A stretch of DNA of 64,000 nt, from contig JAQGDQ010000436.1 of the NCBI GenBank assembly GCA_030141605.1, positions 124,001 to 188,000 of the forward strand, given 5' to 3'. Under the pieces are notes generated by a model. The model was not told the DNA's origin and searched no databases. It saw nothing but the letters and a program-made list of their open reading frames with translations. This DNA comes from Tubiluchus corallicola. Taxonomy: Eukaryota; Animalia; Priapulida. The translations under genes were made by a program, and so were the position numbers. Shown in pieces: positions 38,201 to 48,764 of this stretch. Each line of letters opens with the position of its first letter. The stretch's first letter is position 1.

Positions 38201-40942
38201 CCGGCTATGATCATATTCAGTCTCGAGCTTCGACTTTTCACATTTCCTACTTTTCAGTTAAATTCGGTTTTCAAATTTGAATAATTGTGGTTCAGATTCT
38301 TTCGTGTATGTTGTTTGTTTGAAAAAATTGCACTCTGCTAAAATTATTGATTTTTTGTACGCTGACACTTGCAGGTGATATCCTGGAAGCAGAAGTTACC
38401 CCTGCAGACGATAATGAGAATGTTGCAAGTTTTAGTGCCACAAGTTGAGAAGATTTGCATTGATAAGTGAGTTTAATTTCTGCATTTAAGCAAATTAATA
38501 GTGGTGTTCTTTGTGTTTTTTACATATCACCCTAAGTAAGGCCAGAGACCAGTTTAAGTAGGGGCTACTGTAGAAAAGGGAAGGCATGAGTGCGTGTCCT
38601 GAGAAATGGAATCCTTTAATTTACTAGCAATGAGAAGTATCTACTAATGTTCTTCATGTTATAGTTAACAGCTTCCTGATAAAGAATTCCACACATAAGC
38701 AGCTCAAGTGAAGAAAATGGATTTATTAGCAGCTGTTTTCCATCTCGAAGTGTCCAGGGCAAGAATATAAGAAGCAGCACTAAAACGAGTTCACTACACC
38801 TTGCAAAACTGTTCGTCATTCCGCAATGTTACAAGACTTGTTTGAGTCTGACTGGTTGTGGTCGTTGTTGCGCAATTTCCTGTTGTGTGGTTCCTAATTA
38901 GTTCCATATGTAGGATATTTATGAAAATATACTAGAAATTTTGATAATTGCTAATTAGTAAATAAGTTCTTATAGTTAAAACAAATTATTCGATAAAACA
39001 TTTATGCTACGTTATAATGTTCACTGGAAAATTAAATTTGCTCTTACGCCTGGTTTACGCTGAGACATTTGACATCGGACAAAATCGATTTTTTGAGGGC
39101 TAAATGTCTAGAGAAAATGCAAAAAGTTTCTGATTTTGTCCATTATGACGAACTGAAACAGCAAACGAGGAATTGTGAAATTGCAACTCTGACTGTAGAA
39201 TGTTTGATTGTACAGGGGATTGACAGATGAAAGCGAGATATTGAAATTTCTACAACACGGCACTCTAGTCGGACTGCTTCCTGTACCACATCCGATACTA
39301 ATCCGGAAGTACCAAGCTAACCAGGGAACCAGCATGTGGTTCCGTACATACATGTGGGGAGTCATCTACCTGCGGTGAGTTGTTTCCACATAGAGATTAG
39401 TGAGGTTGTAAAAAAAGTTGTTTTTTAATGCATGTGTCACATACGGAACGCCAACAGTGTTGTGAGTATAATAACACGATTTGATAACACAATCGACTGT
39501 CCTAGCAGCTGTCTTCAGCCATTTTGACGTAAAAATAACAAAATGGAGTGGAGCGAATGCTTACAAAGCACATAAGTAAACAAACTGACAAAAAGTTACA
39601 CAGTGAATCCAAAGATGAAAAATACCCACCGTGAACGATGATGATCAAATAGCAATCACAGAGCAATAAATAGTCAGAAAATCACCTATGACTTACAAAA
39701 CAAGAATGTGCTAGAAACAGGAATTTTCCTACTCGACAAGATGTATTGGGAATGACCAGGAACTGGTACCTTATTAATGATACCGCTCTAAGACTGTAAG
39801 ATGAGCCACTGTACCATCAGAGGTGTCCTGGCCATGCTTGGGTATATGTTTACTGGATGAAACAGAAAAAATGTGCCGTAGTTTAGAGTGCAAAATGATT
39901 AGAAGCAAGCATTTTGCATTAACATTTCAAAGCGTGACACTACAATACATTAACTTTTGGCTGTGGAAGTTAACACTTCATACTTTTAGGAGTTTTTAAG
40001 TTACGGCTGAAAAACTTCTGCACGTTAAAAAATTAAACGTTTGAACAGTAGCTAATCATTAATTGAAAAATGGCCATATTTCACCGTCGACATGCTTAAA
40101 ACATTCAGTAGTCAATACATGACAACTGAACAACACAAAAATCAACCAGCTTGCATCTTGGTCATCACCAGAGAAAACAAAGTACTGGTAAAAATTTGTT
40201 GTCAAAAGAAAATGGAATTTAATCCTACAAACTAGGGATTGCTGGAATTCCTAACAACAGCTGAAAAGAGTTGTTTGATGTGAAGGACCCAAGGCAAAAA
40301 TTATTGAGTAGTGGAACCAAGTACCACTTAAAGAAGTGAGAAACTGTGTAAACTGTTAGAAGAAACGCCGTGAAAATGCACTTGCTAGTTTGCTTTGGGG
40401 GACACGTAGAGCGTTTGCGGTAAATTTTAGCAGTAGCCATCCATGAAAATTACTCCTGCATTTTACTCTTTTGACTTGTTGTTTTAAGACTTCTGTATCT
40501 GTGGAAAAATCCAAAGAATGACTTAAAATTTTTTGGAGTTTACACACAAGCGTCTGTAACGCCACTGTGATAATTTTCAAGAGTTTCCATTATTTTCTTC
40601 CTGTATTATCATGATCTTGGCACATTTTTTTGGACATCTCGTATATCGTACCTGTATGAGACAAACACTAAAATGATCAGAATCAGTATGTTGAATGAAA
40701 CCACTCAGAGAGAGTAATGAACCTGCTTACATAGAGCACAAGTGCTTACCGCTTGGTCATGAACACATTTTAATTTTTTTATACATTTAGTTTAACTTTT
40801 TTCGTTAGTTTATTTTGCTGTCTAGGGTCGTCTAAAATCAATGGTATTTCATGCCATTCGTTTCATTTGTGTTTATAGGAATGTAGACCCACCGATATGG
40901 TATGACACAGACGTGAAATTATTCGAGATTCAGCGAATCTAA
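23227..40942 (+). CDS. HID1: HID1 (Golgi/dense-core vesicle protein, dymeclin-related), 18 coding exons, about 825 aa
   Basis: Exons 23227-23292, 24121-24334, 24950-25065, 25412-25450, 25721-25774, 26059-26224, 26528-26772, 27389-27580, 29053-29143, 32307-32458, 33522-33600, 34209-34373, 35002-35238, 36692-36918, 37406-37525, 38375-38466, 39216-39374, 40879-40942; GT-AG, phases consistent (2478 nt). Recognised HID1 peptides: MGNTDTKLNFRKAVIQLTTKTQ, ENRHALPLFTSLLN, NYLSRIHREEDF, LLLLSGERNFGVRLNKPY, WFRTYMWGVIYLRNVDPPIWYDTDVKLFEIQRI. Confidence 0.97.
23485..23950 (-). mobile_element. LINE 3' UTR fragment related to the element at 1-2657
   Basis: Reverse complement of 23548-23591 matches the terminal stem-loop at 2527-2571; flanked by T-rich (minus strand) UTR-like sequence. 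Confidence 0.65.
24386..24831. mobile_element. pogo/Tigger-like MITE in HID1 intron 2
   Basis: TA-CAGTAAGTCCTTGCTTAACGAT ... ATCGTTAAGCGAAGACTTGCTG-TA; internal CACTTAACG repeats. Confidence 0.75.
29575..31135 (-). mobile_element. 5'-truncated CR1/L2-group LINE 3' end with (GTAACT)n-like tail, interrupted by a pogo-type element
   Basis: Minus-strand peptide NLELVIAHCRTTNYGLNSFRYTGAKLWNNLPDEY at about 31130-31020; AATAAA then a hexamer tail seen on plus as (TTACAG)n at 29578-29680. Confidence 0.72.
29857..30592 (-). mobile_element. Internally deleted pogo/Tigger-type DNA transposon retaining the transposase N-terminus
   Basis: 26-bp TIR CAGTGGACTCTCGTTATAAGAATCAC (1 mismatch), TA TSD; minus-strand ATG at 30384 gives MASKRKSRSVSEKVKIIAAYD, resembling the CENP-B/psq HTH start. 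Confidence 0.85.
34466..34635. repeat. 35-bp minisatellite, about 5 copies
   Basis: TGTTTCCTATGTGTTACTCATTGTTTGTGTACTAT repeated. Confidence 0.9.
35853..36120. repeat. About 131-bp tandem duplication
   Basis: AGTTACTGTCTAGTGTGGATG...CTCTCTAGTCTGAACACGCTTGCAAG occurs twice in tandem with few substitutions. Confidence 0.85.
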
Positions 40943-43900
40943 ATATAAGACTTGATTTTTTCCACACCTTTCATCTTTGCATTCCTTAACAATGGTACGC
41001 TAGTGACATCTGCCAAATAGAAGCCTAACAAACTTTCAGTTTGTATCTTGGTCGAGAGAGCATCTCTTTAAGTTTTCATTGCTGCATTGCAATATTTGAA
41101 TCAGTGTTTATATGTCGTGAATGATGTTTTGACTTGATTTTAGCAAACTCTTCGAAATCACAAGGCATTGTGGCCAGATTCCTGAGTATTACAGGGACAT
41201 TTAATGAAGAAATTATTCATTTAGCCCAGTATCATTACGCAACTAATTAAAGTGGAACAAATGTGCACTAAAACGTTTTTAAATGACAATTTTCAATTTT
41301 TTACTTTCCTCGTTTTAGAGTTTTTTGTGTCCTCTTCAAAGATCCTCATGTTCTAAAAACTGTATGTCATCCTGCATGTAGGGGCATTTTAACCAATAGG
41401 CTAACTAGGCTACTGCCTAGGGTGCCAAAGCTTGAGGGTGTCACATTTTAGAAAAAAATCTGATTATCCTCGGAAAATGTGTATACTTTCATATTCATGT
41501 AAAGTGCACATCTTATAACTCACCACAGGCAGTTACTGAGGGCAGCTTTTATATAAGTGCCACGTAACGGACAGGTGCAAGGTATTACACAACAAGTAGT
41601 TGCGCAACCTGCTTGAATATAAACCCTATGAAAATACATGTAATTAATAATAACCGTGTGTAAACTACGTTGATAGTGTTTCTAATACACCACAAGTAAT
41701 TGTTTGATCTGATCTTTATATAAACGACCATAAATTAACAATAGAGATGGATTGGACAGAACGATTATTCTAGGGCGTCGTAAAGTCCCTGCCTGCAAAT
41801 GCTGATAATAATGCAGCACATGCATTAAAGTGTTTAACTAAGAAACAACTTTCTACGAGTTAAAGTAATAGTCATTAACGACAAGTATTAAGCCTGACTT
41901 GCTCAGTAATACGATATTTTCTAAATCGCTTTTGATTTATGAGCTAGATTTTCTTCATACATGTAAACTGGCATCTTAAAAGTAAGTCCTGTTTAATTTA
42001 CGTGACTTGTGTCAGGACCACAATGTAGCTGTTTATCAAGTACAATCCTCTGACATGAGACGCTAAACCTGTAGAGAATATTCTAGATGCACATATATAT
42101 TTGAAGACCTTCTCTTTAAATGAGAACACTAGAGGCAGTATGATAAGCCTGTCGAGAAGAAATTTTTCTTATAGTCACCTATTCATTTTTTGTCCAGGGC
42201 TAGCATTATTTAACTTTACCGTCAAACATTATGATCTCTCAGCATACCTATTGAATTTAGGCTTATTTTGGCTAATACTAATCAATCTTAAAACTTCAGT
42301 GTGACCTGATTGGCTCAATTTTTTGGCTGCACAATTTAATCATTCATAGACAATTATATTAATTATACCTATTTCTCTATCCTACTAATCACATTCATGT
42401 TCCGCAAAAATGATTCAGAAAAATTGAAGCCGTATTTACTGTTATGCACTCTCTCTATTAAAATTTTAAAATGACATTAAAATAAGTTTTCTTTGTTAGC
42501 TAGTATGGATGTGTTCCCTGGTAGTTACAAATATGCTGTACATTTTCCAGTTAGTAAACAGTATTGTCATTGTTTTGTAAAATTTTGTTGATACCTCCTT
42601 GTCTGTTACTCTCTGTCCAGTTGAATTTTTGTTTATATTCGTATTATACAGCTGCTTGAAGAAAATAAGGTGTTAAAATCACATGAAATATCATACTTTT
42701 AACAAGCGATTTTTCCTATATAGTACTTTTCAAACTGTAGTGAACTAAATGTGAATGTAAGTTGAGTGGATTTCAGCGGTTTTTGTAGATAATAGTTTTC
42801 TGACGCATTCCAGTAACTGTAGACATAATATACGGGGAAGGGGAATAGTAAAGGAATAATTTCATGTAATTTTACAGGTTCGTCCAGCAAAAATGTTCCC
42901 TCAAATTAGCTCATAATCCTACATTTTGGTAGAGGTGTGTAGAAGAGATCGACATCAACTCGTAGCCCGGTTTCTCCTCTTTTTCCAATGAACTGTAAAT
43001 TTCGGCTTTAAAGAAAAACAGCTATTTTTCAAGCATCTGCCACTCCCAGGATAGCGGGACTAGAAGTTATTTTGTGGGAATGTTTTTTTAGACGACCCTG
43101 CATATGTGGCACATGTATAATGGACAAACAGTCAGTTTTTGTTTTGCCAATTACAGGACATAGATGTCTCAGATACCTCGTAATAAATACTTTTTACCAC
43201 ATGCCTGTAACACTCAAATTTTGAATAATTATTATCAATACATGTATGTGCTTTCAAATTGTCCCCATTGTGGAATGAATTATTTATTATCCTAATTTTA
43301 AGATTATTGATTATTAGAATAAACACAGAATTATTGAATTTTTGAAACCTTTCCTATACTTCCGTTAAGTTTAGTTTCAAAAAATCAATAATTGCGGTTC
43401 GTTTGTTCTTATCTTTAAAACTGTCTTAGCGTTATTTTTTTGAAGTTATAGAACTTGATTTCCTGGCACAATAAGTGCAAGCGATTTTGTTTTATTATGG
43501 AATTATCAGTATCTTCAGTTTGATCAAACGTTTTCCTTATGTGGTCAAATCAAATTATGCAAAACCTCCTTACAATTTGTGCTGTGCCATTTTGAATGAA
43601 TTCTTTCTTTTTTTTGATATTTAATGCACAACACTATGTATTATACATATTGTAGTTGTATAAATGTATTATATATACAGTAAATATTGTATTTATTTAT
43701 TTGAATGTATTTTTAAAGAATATCTTAAAGAAAGACAGCATTGTGTATACATTGATGTATAGGTTGTTGTTTCGTGTAATAGACGTAAGCATTGGATAAA
43801 CTAGTTCGATTGTTTATGTGATATTTCTGGACAAAAAGTACGCAAAAGTGTTTGCTGCTGATTACGCCATCATTCAGAGGGTATAATTTGTGTAGTAATG

Positions 43901-44468
43901 ACTGCAAATTCTGTATTGCGTAGTCTTTTTTGAATCCTGATGTTTAGAAGGTAAAAGCTAAGTTGCTTCATCTAAGCATATCTAGAAGACAATTACTTCT
44001 GTTAGTTCAATAACTGATTCTAGGGGCTTTGAAGTTGTGGTATTGATCTCAGGAACTAATTTTGCTTTGTTAAATTCATGGTGTATTCACCCTCAGATCA
44101 CTTTGCACTGGTGAGTAGGGATAAAAAATATCCAATACTGTGACTCCAATATTGGCCACATGCTGTGGTTCGTGGTCATCTTGTGCCCATAGATGTTACT
44201 GAGTTACTGGTTTTTCTACTCACGTATAACCAGTAATTAGGGAAGCCCTGTAGATTCAAGGGTTGTAATGAGGTGAATACCTGTAAGTTTAATTGCAAGT
44301 GTTAGCAAGTCATGTGACACAGCGGCCAGGCAGTGCAGACATTTGAGTTTGTGGCCAGTGATGGAGTGACAAACAGTTTGTGTTTCATTGATGTAGTCTC
44401 GTTTGCGAGCGTACCTGATTGCATACACCTGAGGTAAAGAGTCACACTTCTTGCCTGTCATCTAAACA

Positions 44469-47449
44469 ATGCCAAATCGTGCACCAATGAAAAGTGGTAA
44501 GTTGTTATGATTATTTTTTCATTGCTGAAATTTTTTACGTATCAATTTGAAAATGCCTACAAAAAGATAACTAAATAAAAGTTATGATGTGAAACATGCA
44601 TGTATCATCGCAGTCAGGAAGCAGAAGAAAGGACTTTGTTAGGTGCCTGATGCACAGTGGAATTCCAAATAGTCAAAGAAAAATGATTAAAAAGCAATGG
44701 ATTATTGGACAATTTAAAAAAAGAAATCAGTATAGCAAACTGGGATAGAAATGATGGGTAACAGAATGTTTAAGAAAGGAAGTTTGGGAAAATTCTACTT
44801 AATGAGTTAAGAGTTTACATCAGTATGTGACAACACAACTGTTTAATGTTAATCACATTGTCCATTGTATTGATACTTTGTCGTTAATCATCCAGTTGCA
44901 GACAAACCACTCAAATCACACGTTTCTCCTAGTCCTTTAATTGCTTACGTATCCTGCTAGCCTATGGTCTGCCATTTTTTAGATATTTTGTATAGTGAGT
45001 TGTTAACAATATTAGTTGTTTGGCACAAATTTTGTTGTAAAATTGAATTGTTGTCAATTTTTAGAGGTCTTCGCATCCAGCTCGAATCTTTCAACATAAT
45101 AAGTAGATTTTTCTCAAATGTTACACAAAGGTCCTTGCACAAGTACAACAGTTTATACAATTTTTTGCTAAAGAACTAGGCTTCGTGTAATATATGCTCA
45201 TAACAGATTCAAATAGGTGTAATAATAGGGCTATTCTATTGCTTTAGGTACTTATCAACTCAATCAGCTTGGTAGAAGGTTCAAAAACGGAAGACCATTA
45301 CCGACGGAGCTGCGTCGCGAGATTATTGCCATGTTCCTGCGTGGCGTGAAACCTTGCGTAATAAGCCGTCATCTCCGAGTATCACATGGTTGTGTGAGCA
45401 AGATACTTAGCAAGCACCAGGTATGTTCCATTAGACTGCGCGGAAAAGCATTCAGAAATTGGCAATTATGAAATTACTGATGCATAGGTCACTGCATTTG
45501 CAAAAGGACAATGTGAGAGAGTCTCACTTGCAAAATATGAATTCCTCAAATTTGGGCGTCATTTGTCCCGGCTTGTACTTGGATAGTGATATTCTATATT
45601 GACCAGGGGACGGTTTCGCAAAGCCGTCACTAAGTTAACGATGTCGTTATTACATTCAATTCACTATTAATAATGATGTCGTTAAGTCAGTGACGGCTTT
45701 GTGAAACTGGACCCAGGGTATCTTTATTGAAATGAACCCTTACTTTGTCGGGGGTTGCGTTCTCTAAACTTAACTTTTGTTCCATTATATGCATGTTTGT
45801 TCAGATAAACTTCTTCAAGAATTATTATGATCCTTTTTTAGTTTAGAGACTTACTTCCAGGAAAGCCTAATAAGCAACTCCTGCTTCGTATGAAATGAAT
45901 ATTAGTAAAAATATGTGAGCGCATTAAAACAATGGGAGAAGTAGTATAATGCTTTTGATGTATTGTGTTAATTTAGTTTGACTGTGACTGTGAGAAAATA
46001 TTTTTTTTTGCTTAAAGTTACAAATGTTGTTGAGAAATGAATACGGGCTACATAATTCTTACACTTTTTTATTGTAGGAGTGTAGTAGCAGTAATCAGTC
46101 GCTGGTTAACAGTGATGATTGCGTTACAACCCTGGCATCATCCACAGAAAGTGGCAATCTCGTTGGGTCAGTGACTGGAACTTATCAAGGTTTCCTTTCT
46201 GCTTCTGTTATAAAGCAGAACTTTATACTTGATTATCACTCTTTATGATTTTGTGCATAATTCTGAGTGACACATGTTCTGCTGTAGTCTGAAGCTTAGC
46301 CTCACATCAGTGCAGTTTCGTTTGACCTGGGTGCTCTGTTGACTTTTAAAATTTCGCTGAACAGCTATATGATTTTATTTTAAAATGCCCTATTTTTCAA
46401 AATCTTAGCTTAACTGTCATATTACAAAATTGTTACGTTTGATTCAGTTTTGTAAAGTTTTATCAAATTGACGCATTGCGAGTCGTTATGGGTGTAACTA
46501 TAGTTAAGCGTGTGTGCTATAACTTCTAGTATGTGTCTGTACGGCATTTTATCGCTTTCTACATAGCTAATAGACACCTCATTTATGCCATCTGTAGGTG
46601 TAAATCACATATTGCGCAACAGAGAAAAACTTTTTTTGGAAAACAAACATAGACGAAAACGACTATCATTCACATTGCAACAGCTGAGCAGTTTAGAAGC
46701 AGCATTCAAACAAACGCCGTATCCGGACATCGCTATAAGAGAAGCACTTTCTCAACACCTGAATCTTACCGATACGAGAGTTCAGGTATTATGGTATAAT
46801 TAGCAGTAAATTACTACTGCAGTTTAGCATGTGGTGTTATAATCCTGTTGCAAGCTGTCTGTTGAAAGCATGATCTAGCTTTCTCGTACAGTTGACAGAA
46901 TTAGTTCCCAAAATTCACAAGTTAGTAAGCTAGAAGCAATTTCACGAATTTTGTTCTTGAGCCAATGTATAAAGCTAAGTTTCTGAGACAGTCAGTTTGT
47001 CAACAGATAAACAAATATTGGTTACAACATTAGATCAATTGCTGTTGTCTATCTGTGTACTAATTAGAGGTAGTAATGCTTAACTTTGGCAGTTTGGTTC
47101 TGAGATATACCACTTGCACGGTGTATACAAGTGGTTTTTTTAGAAATGGAGAGTGCATTGTGCAGACTGAATATCATTTCTTTTTATGGACAAGCTGAAG
47201 ACTGAAGGGGGGTTACAGTTGTTGGGAGGTTTAGAAAGTTAGACTGCATATCAAATTTTAAGCGCATGCCTGAATTCCACGAGTGTATTTCAATAAAGTT
47301 AAGACATTTATTTTTAGATCTGGTTTAGTAATAGGAGAGCAAAGTGGCGAAAGCAAATGAGAGTGACATCTGTTATGGGAATGGAAAATTACACAGGAAC
47401 CTCTGATTCTCCTCTCATAGCAGGTATGCTGAAATCAGTGCTTTTATAA
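44469..47449 (+). CDS. Divergent Pax-family transcription factor: PAI subdomain only plus paired-type (S50) homeodomain, about 205-210 aa
   Basis: Exons 44469-44496, 45248-45420 ([58 protein letters not shown]), 46078-46189 (boundaries less certain), 46598-46785 ([45 protein letters not shown]), 47318-47423 ([13 protein letters not shown]); typical PRD-class intron between VQ and IWF. 3' end uncertain: read-through TAA at 47449 or donor at 47423. Confidence 0.85.
45603..45717. mobile_element. Short palindromic MITE in Pax intron 2
   Basis: Arms GGTTTCGCAAAGCCGTCACTAAGTTAACGATGTCGTTATTA and TAATAATGATGTCGTTAAGTCAGTGACGGCTTTGTGAAACT are near reverse complements. Confidence 0.7.
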
Positions 47450-47610
47450 AGTTACTATAACTTAAACCGAAATTTGGTATTAATTGACAGTTTAAAGCTT
47501 GTTATTATGAGATGTCATGAAAGTAGTGCTAATATAGTTCTGTTTTTATGCTTTTGTACATGTAGCACTCTTACAGTGTTAATTTAGTGTCTAAAGCTTT
47601 TCTCTAATGG

Positions 47611-47765
47611 ATAATAATAATAATCTTTATTTAAAGTCGGCTTTTGGGTCAACAATTAACATTAGCTCAAAGAGCTATTATCGCCGACACTATATAACAA
47701 TCTACAACTACATAACAGAGACTATTATTACCCCACTTTTACCCTAAATACCATGCAAGGCAATT
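47611..47765 (-). mobile_element. 3' fragment of the SINE found at 59315-59642
   Basis: Reverse complement matches 59440-59590 (GTCGGCGATAATAGCTCTTTGAGCTAATGTTAATTGTTGACCC..AAAAGCCGAC...AATAAAGATTATTATT). Confidence 0.85.
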
Positions 47766-47794
47766 AACGTTATTAGCATATTTATGTACAACAC

Positions 47795-48277
47795 CAGGGA
47801 TGAGAATTTTCCGCGGATACGCGGAATTCTGAGTTTTTGGAAGACCAGTAGTGCCATTTTTGTAAATTGCGTAAATTCGTTGAGAAAATTTTTTATGGAC
47901 CCGGTACATTATTTCACAAGTTGACCGCTAGGTTGCAGGCCGTCACTTTGTTTACATCACGTACATCAGTGTAACCACGTGTATATCTCTATGTATAAAA
48001 ATATAGAATCAATTGTGCGGAGTTATTTGAGTCAATTACAGACAGTTTTTATATACTTTTGCATAGGGGAGCGGCCAGTACTTAGACATTTTTGAGACAA
48101 TTAGGTATCATGTATCCTTGATAGTTGAGTATTTTAAATTATGCATGAAACAAGGTAATTGATATTTTAAGTCCACTTAGAGGTTCTCTATGGTCACAAA
48201 ATTGCAATTTGTTGCTGCCTACGCAGCCTCCAAATGCCTGTTTCAGAGTTTTTTGCAATTTGTCATTCTCATCCCTG
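47795..48277. mobile_element. MITE with 6-bp TSD (hAT6-like), copy 1
   Basis: TIR CAGGGATGAGAA / TTCTCATCCCTG; TSD CAACAC; highly similar to 59969-60462. Confidence 0.88.
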
Positions 48278-48284
48278 CAACACT

Positions 48285-48600
48285 GAAACATGGGGTTTAA
48301 CGACTTTACTCAATAAGGACAGATTGCCGCATTTCATAGAAGTTTTCTATGGAAAGTTTGAAAGACAAGATGACCATATGTAGTCAAAAATAAAGATTTG
48401 TTCACTAGAACGAAAGAGTTCAAAAGTCAAGCACTGAAGATTAAGAGGGCTAGGTAAGATCAACTTTAACCATATTTAGCTTTAGGAGTGGAAGAACTTG
48501 TGCTGTTTGCTGCAGATAGGTGCAGTGCTGTAATGAATGTTATAGCCTTGATGTCTGCAGTAAGTGAGACTTTCAAGAAGAAGAAGAAGAAGAAGAAGAA
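48285..48600 (+). mobile_element. Decayed RTE LINE 3' fragment with (AAG)n tail
   Basis: Similar to 11095-11525 (GGGGTTTAACG, CATTTCATAGAAGT, CACTAGAACGAAAGA, TTTAGGAGT.GAAGAACT) and ends in (AAG)n. Confidence 0.7.
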
Positions 48601-48764
48601 GAGTATTGTAATATATATTACAATATGTAATATAGAAAGATATACCATACCGTTGAACCCTATGATTTCAAAATGATTCTTCAATTTAATGATAATGAAA
48701 AAATATCAAATAAATGATAAGAGCAGAATAATTAGATAACTTTATTTGGTTTGTTTCTATACAG

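Noticed and set aside
43700-44100. Possible decayed LINE coding remnant on the minus strand (also 44590-44870)
   Set aside because: Only vague similarity; could not assign motifs confidently without a search.
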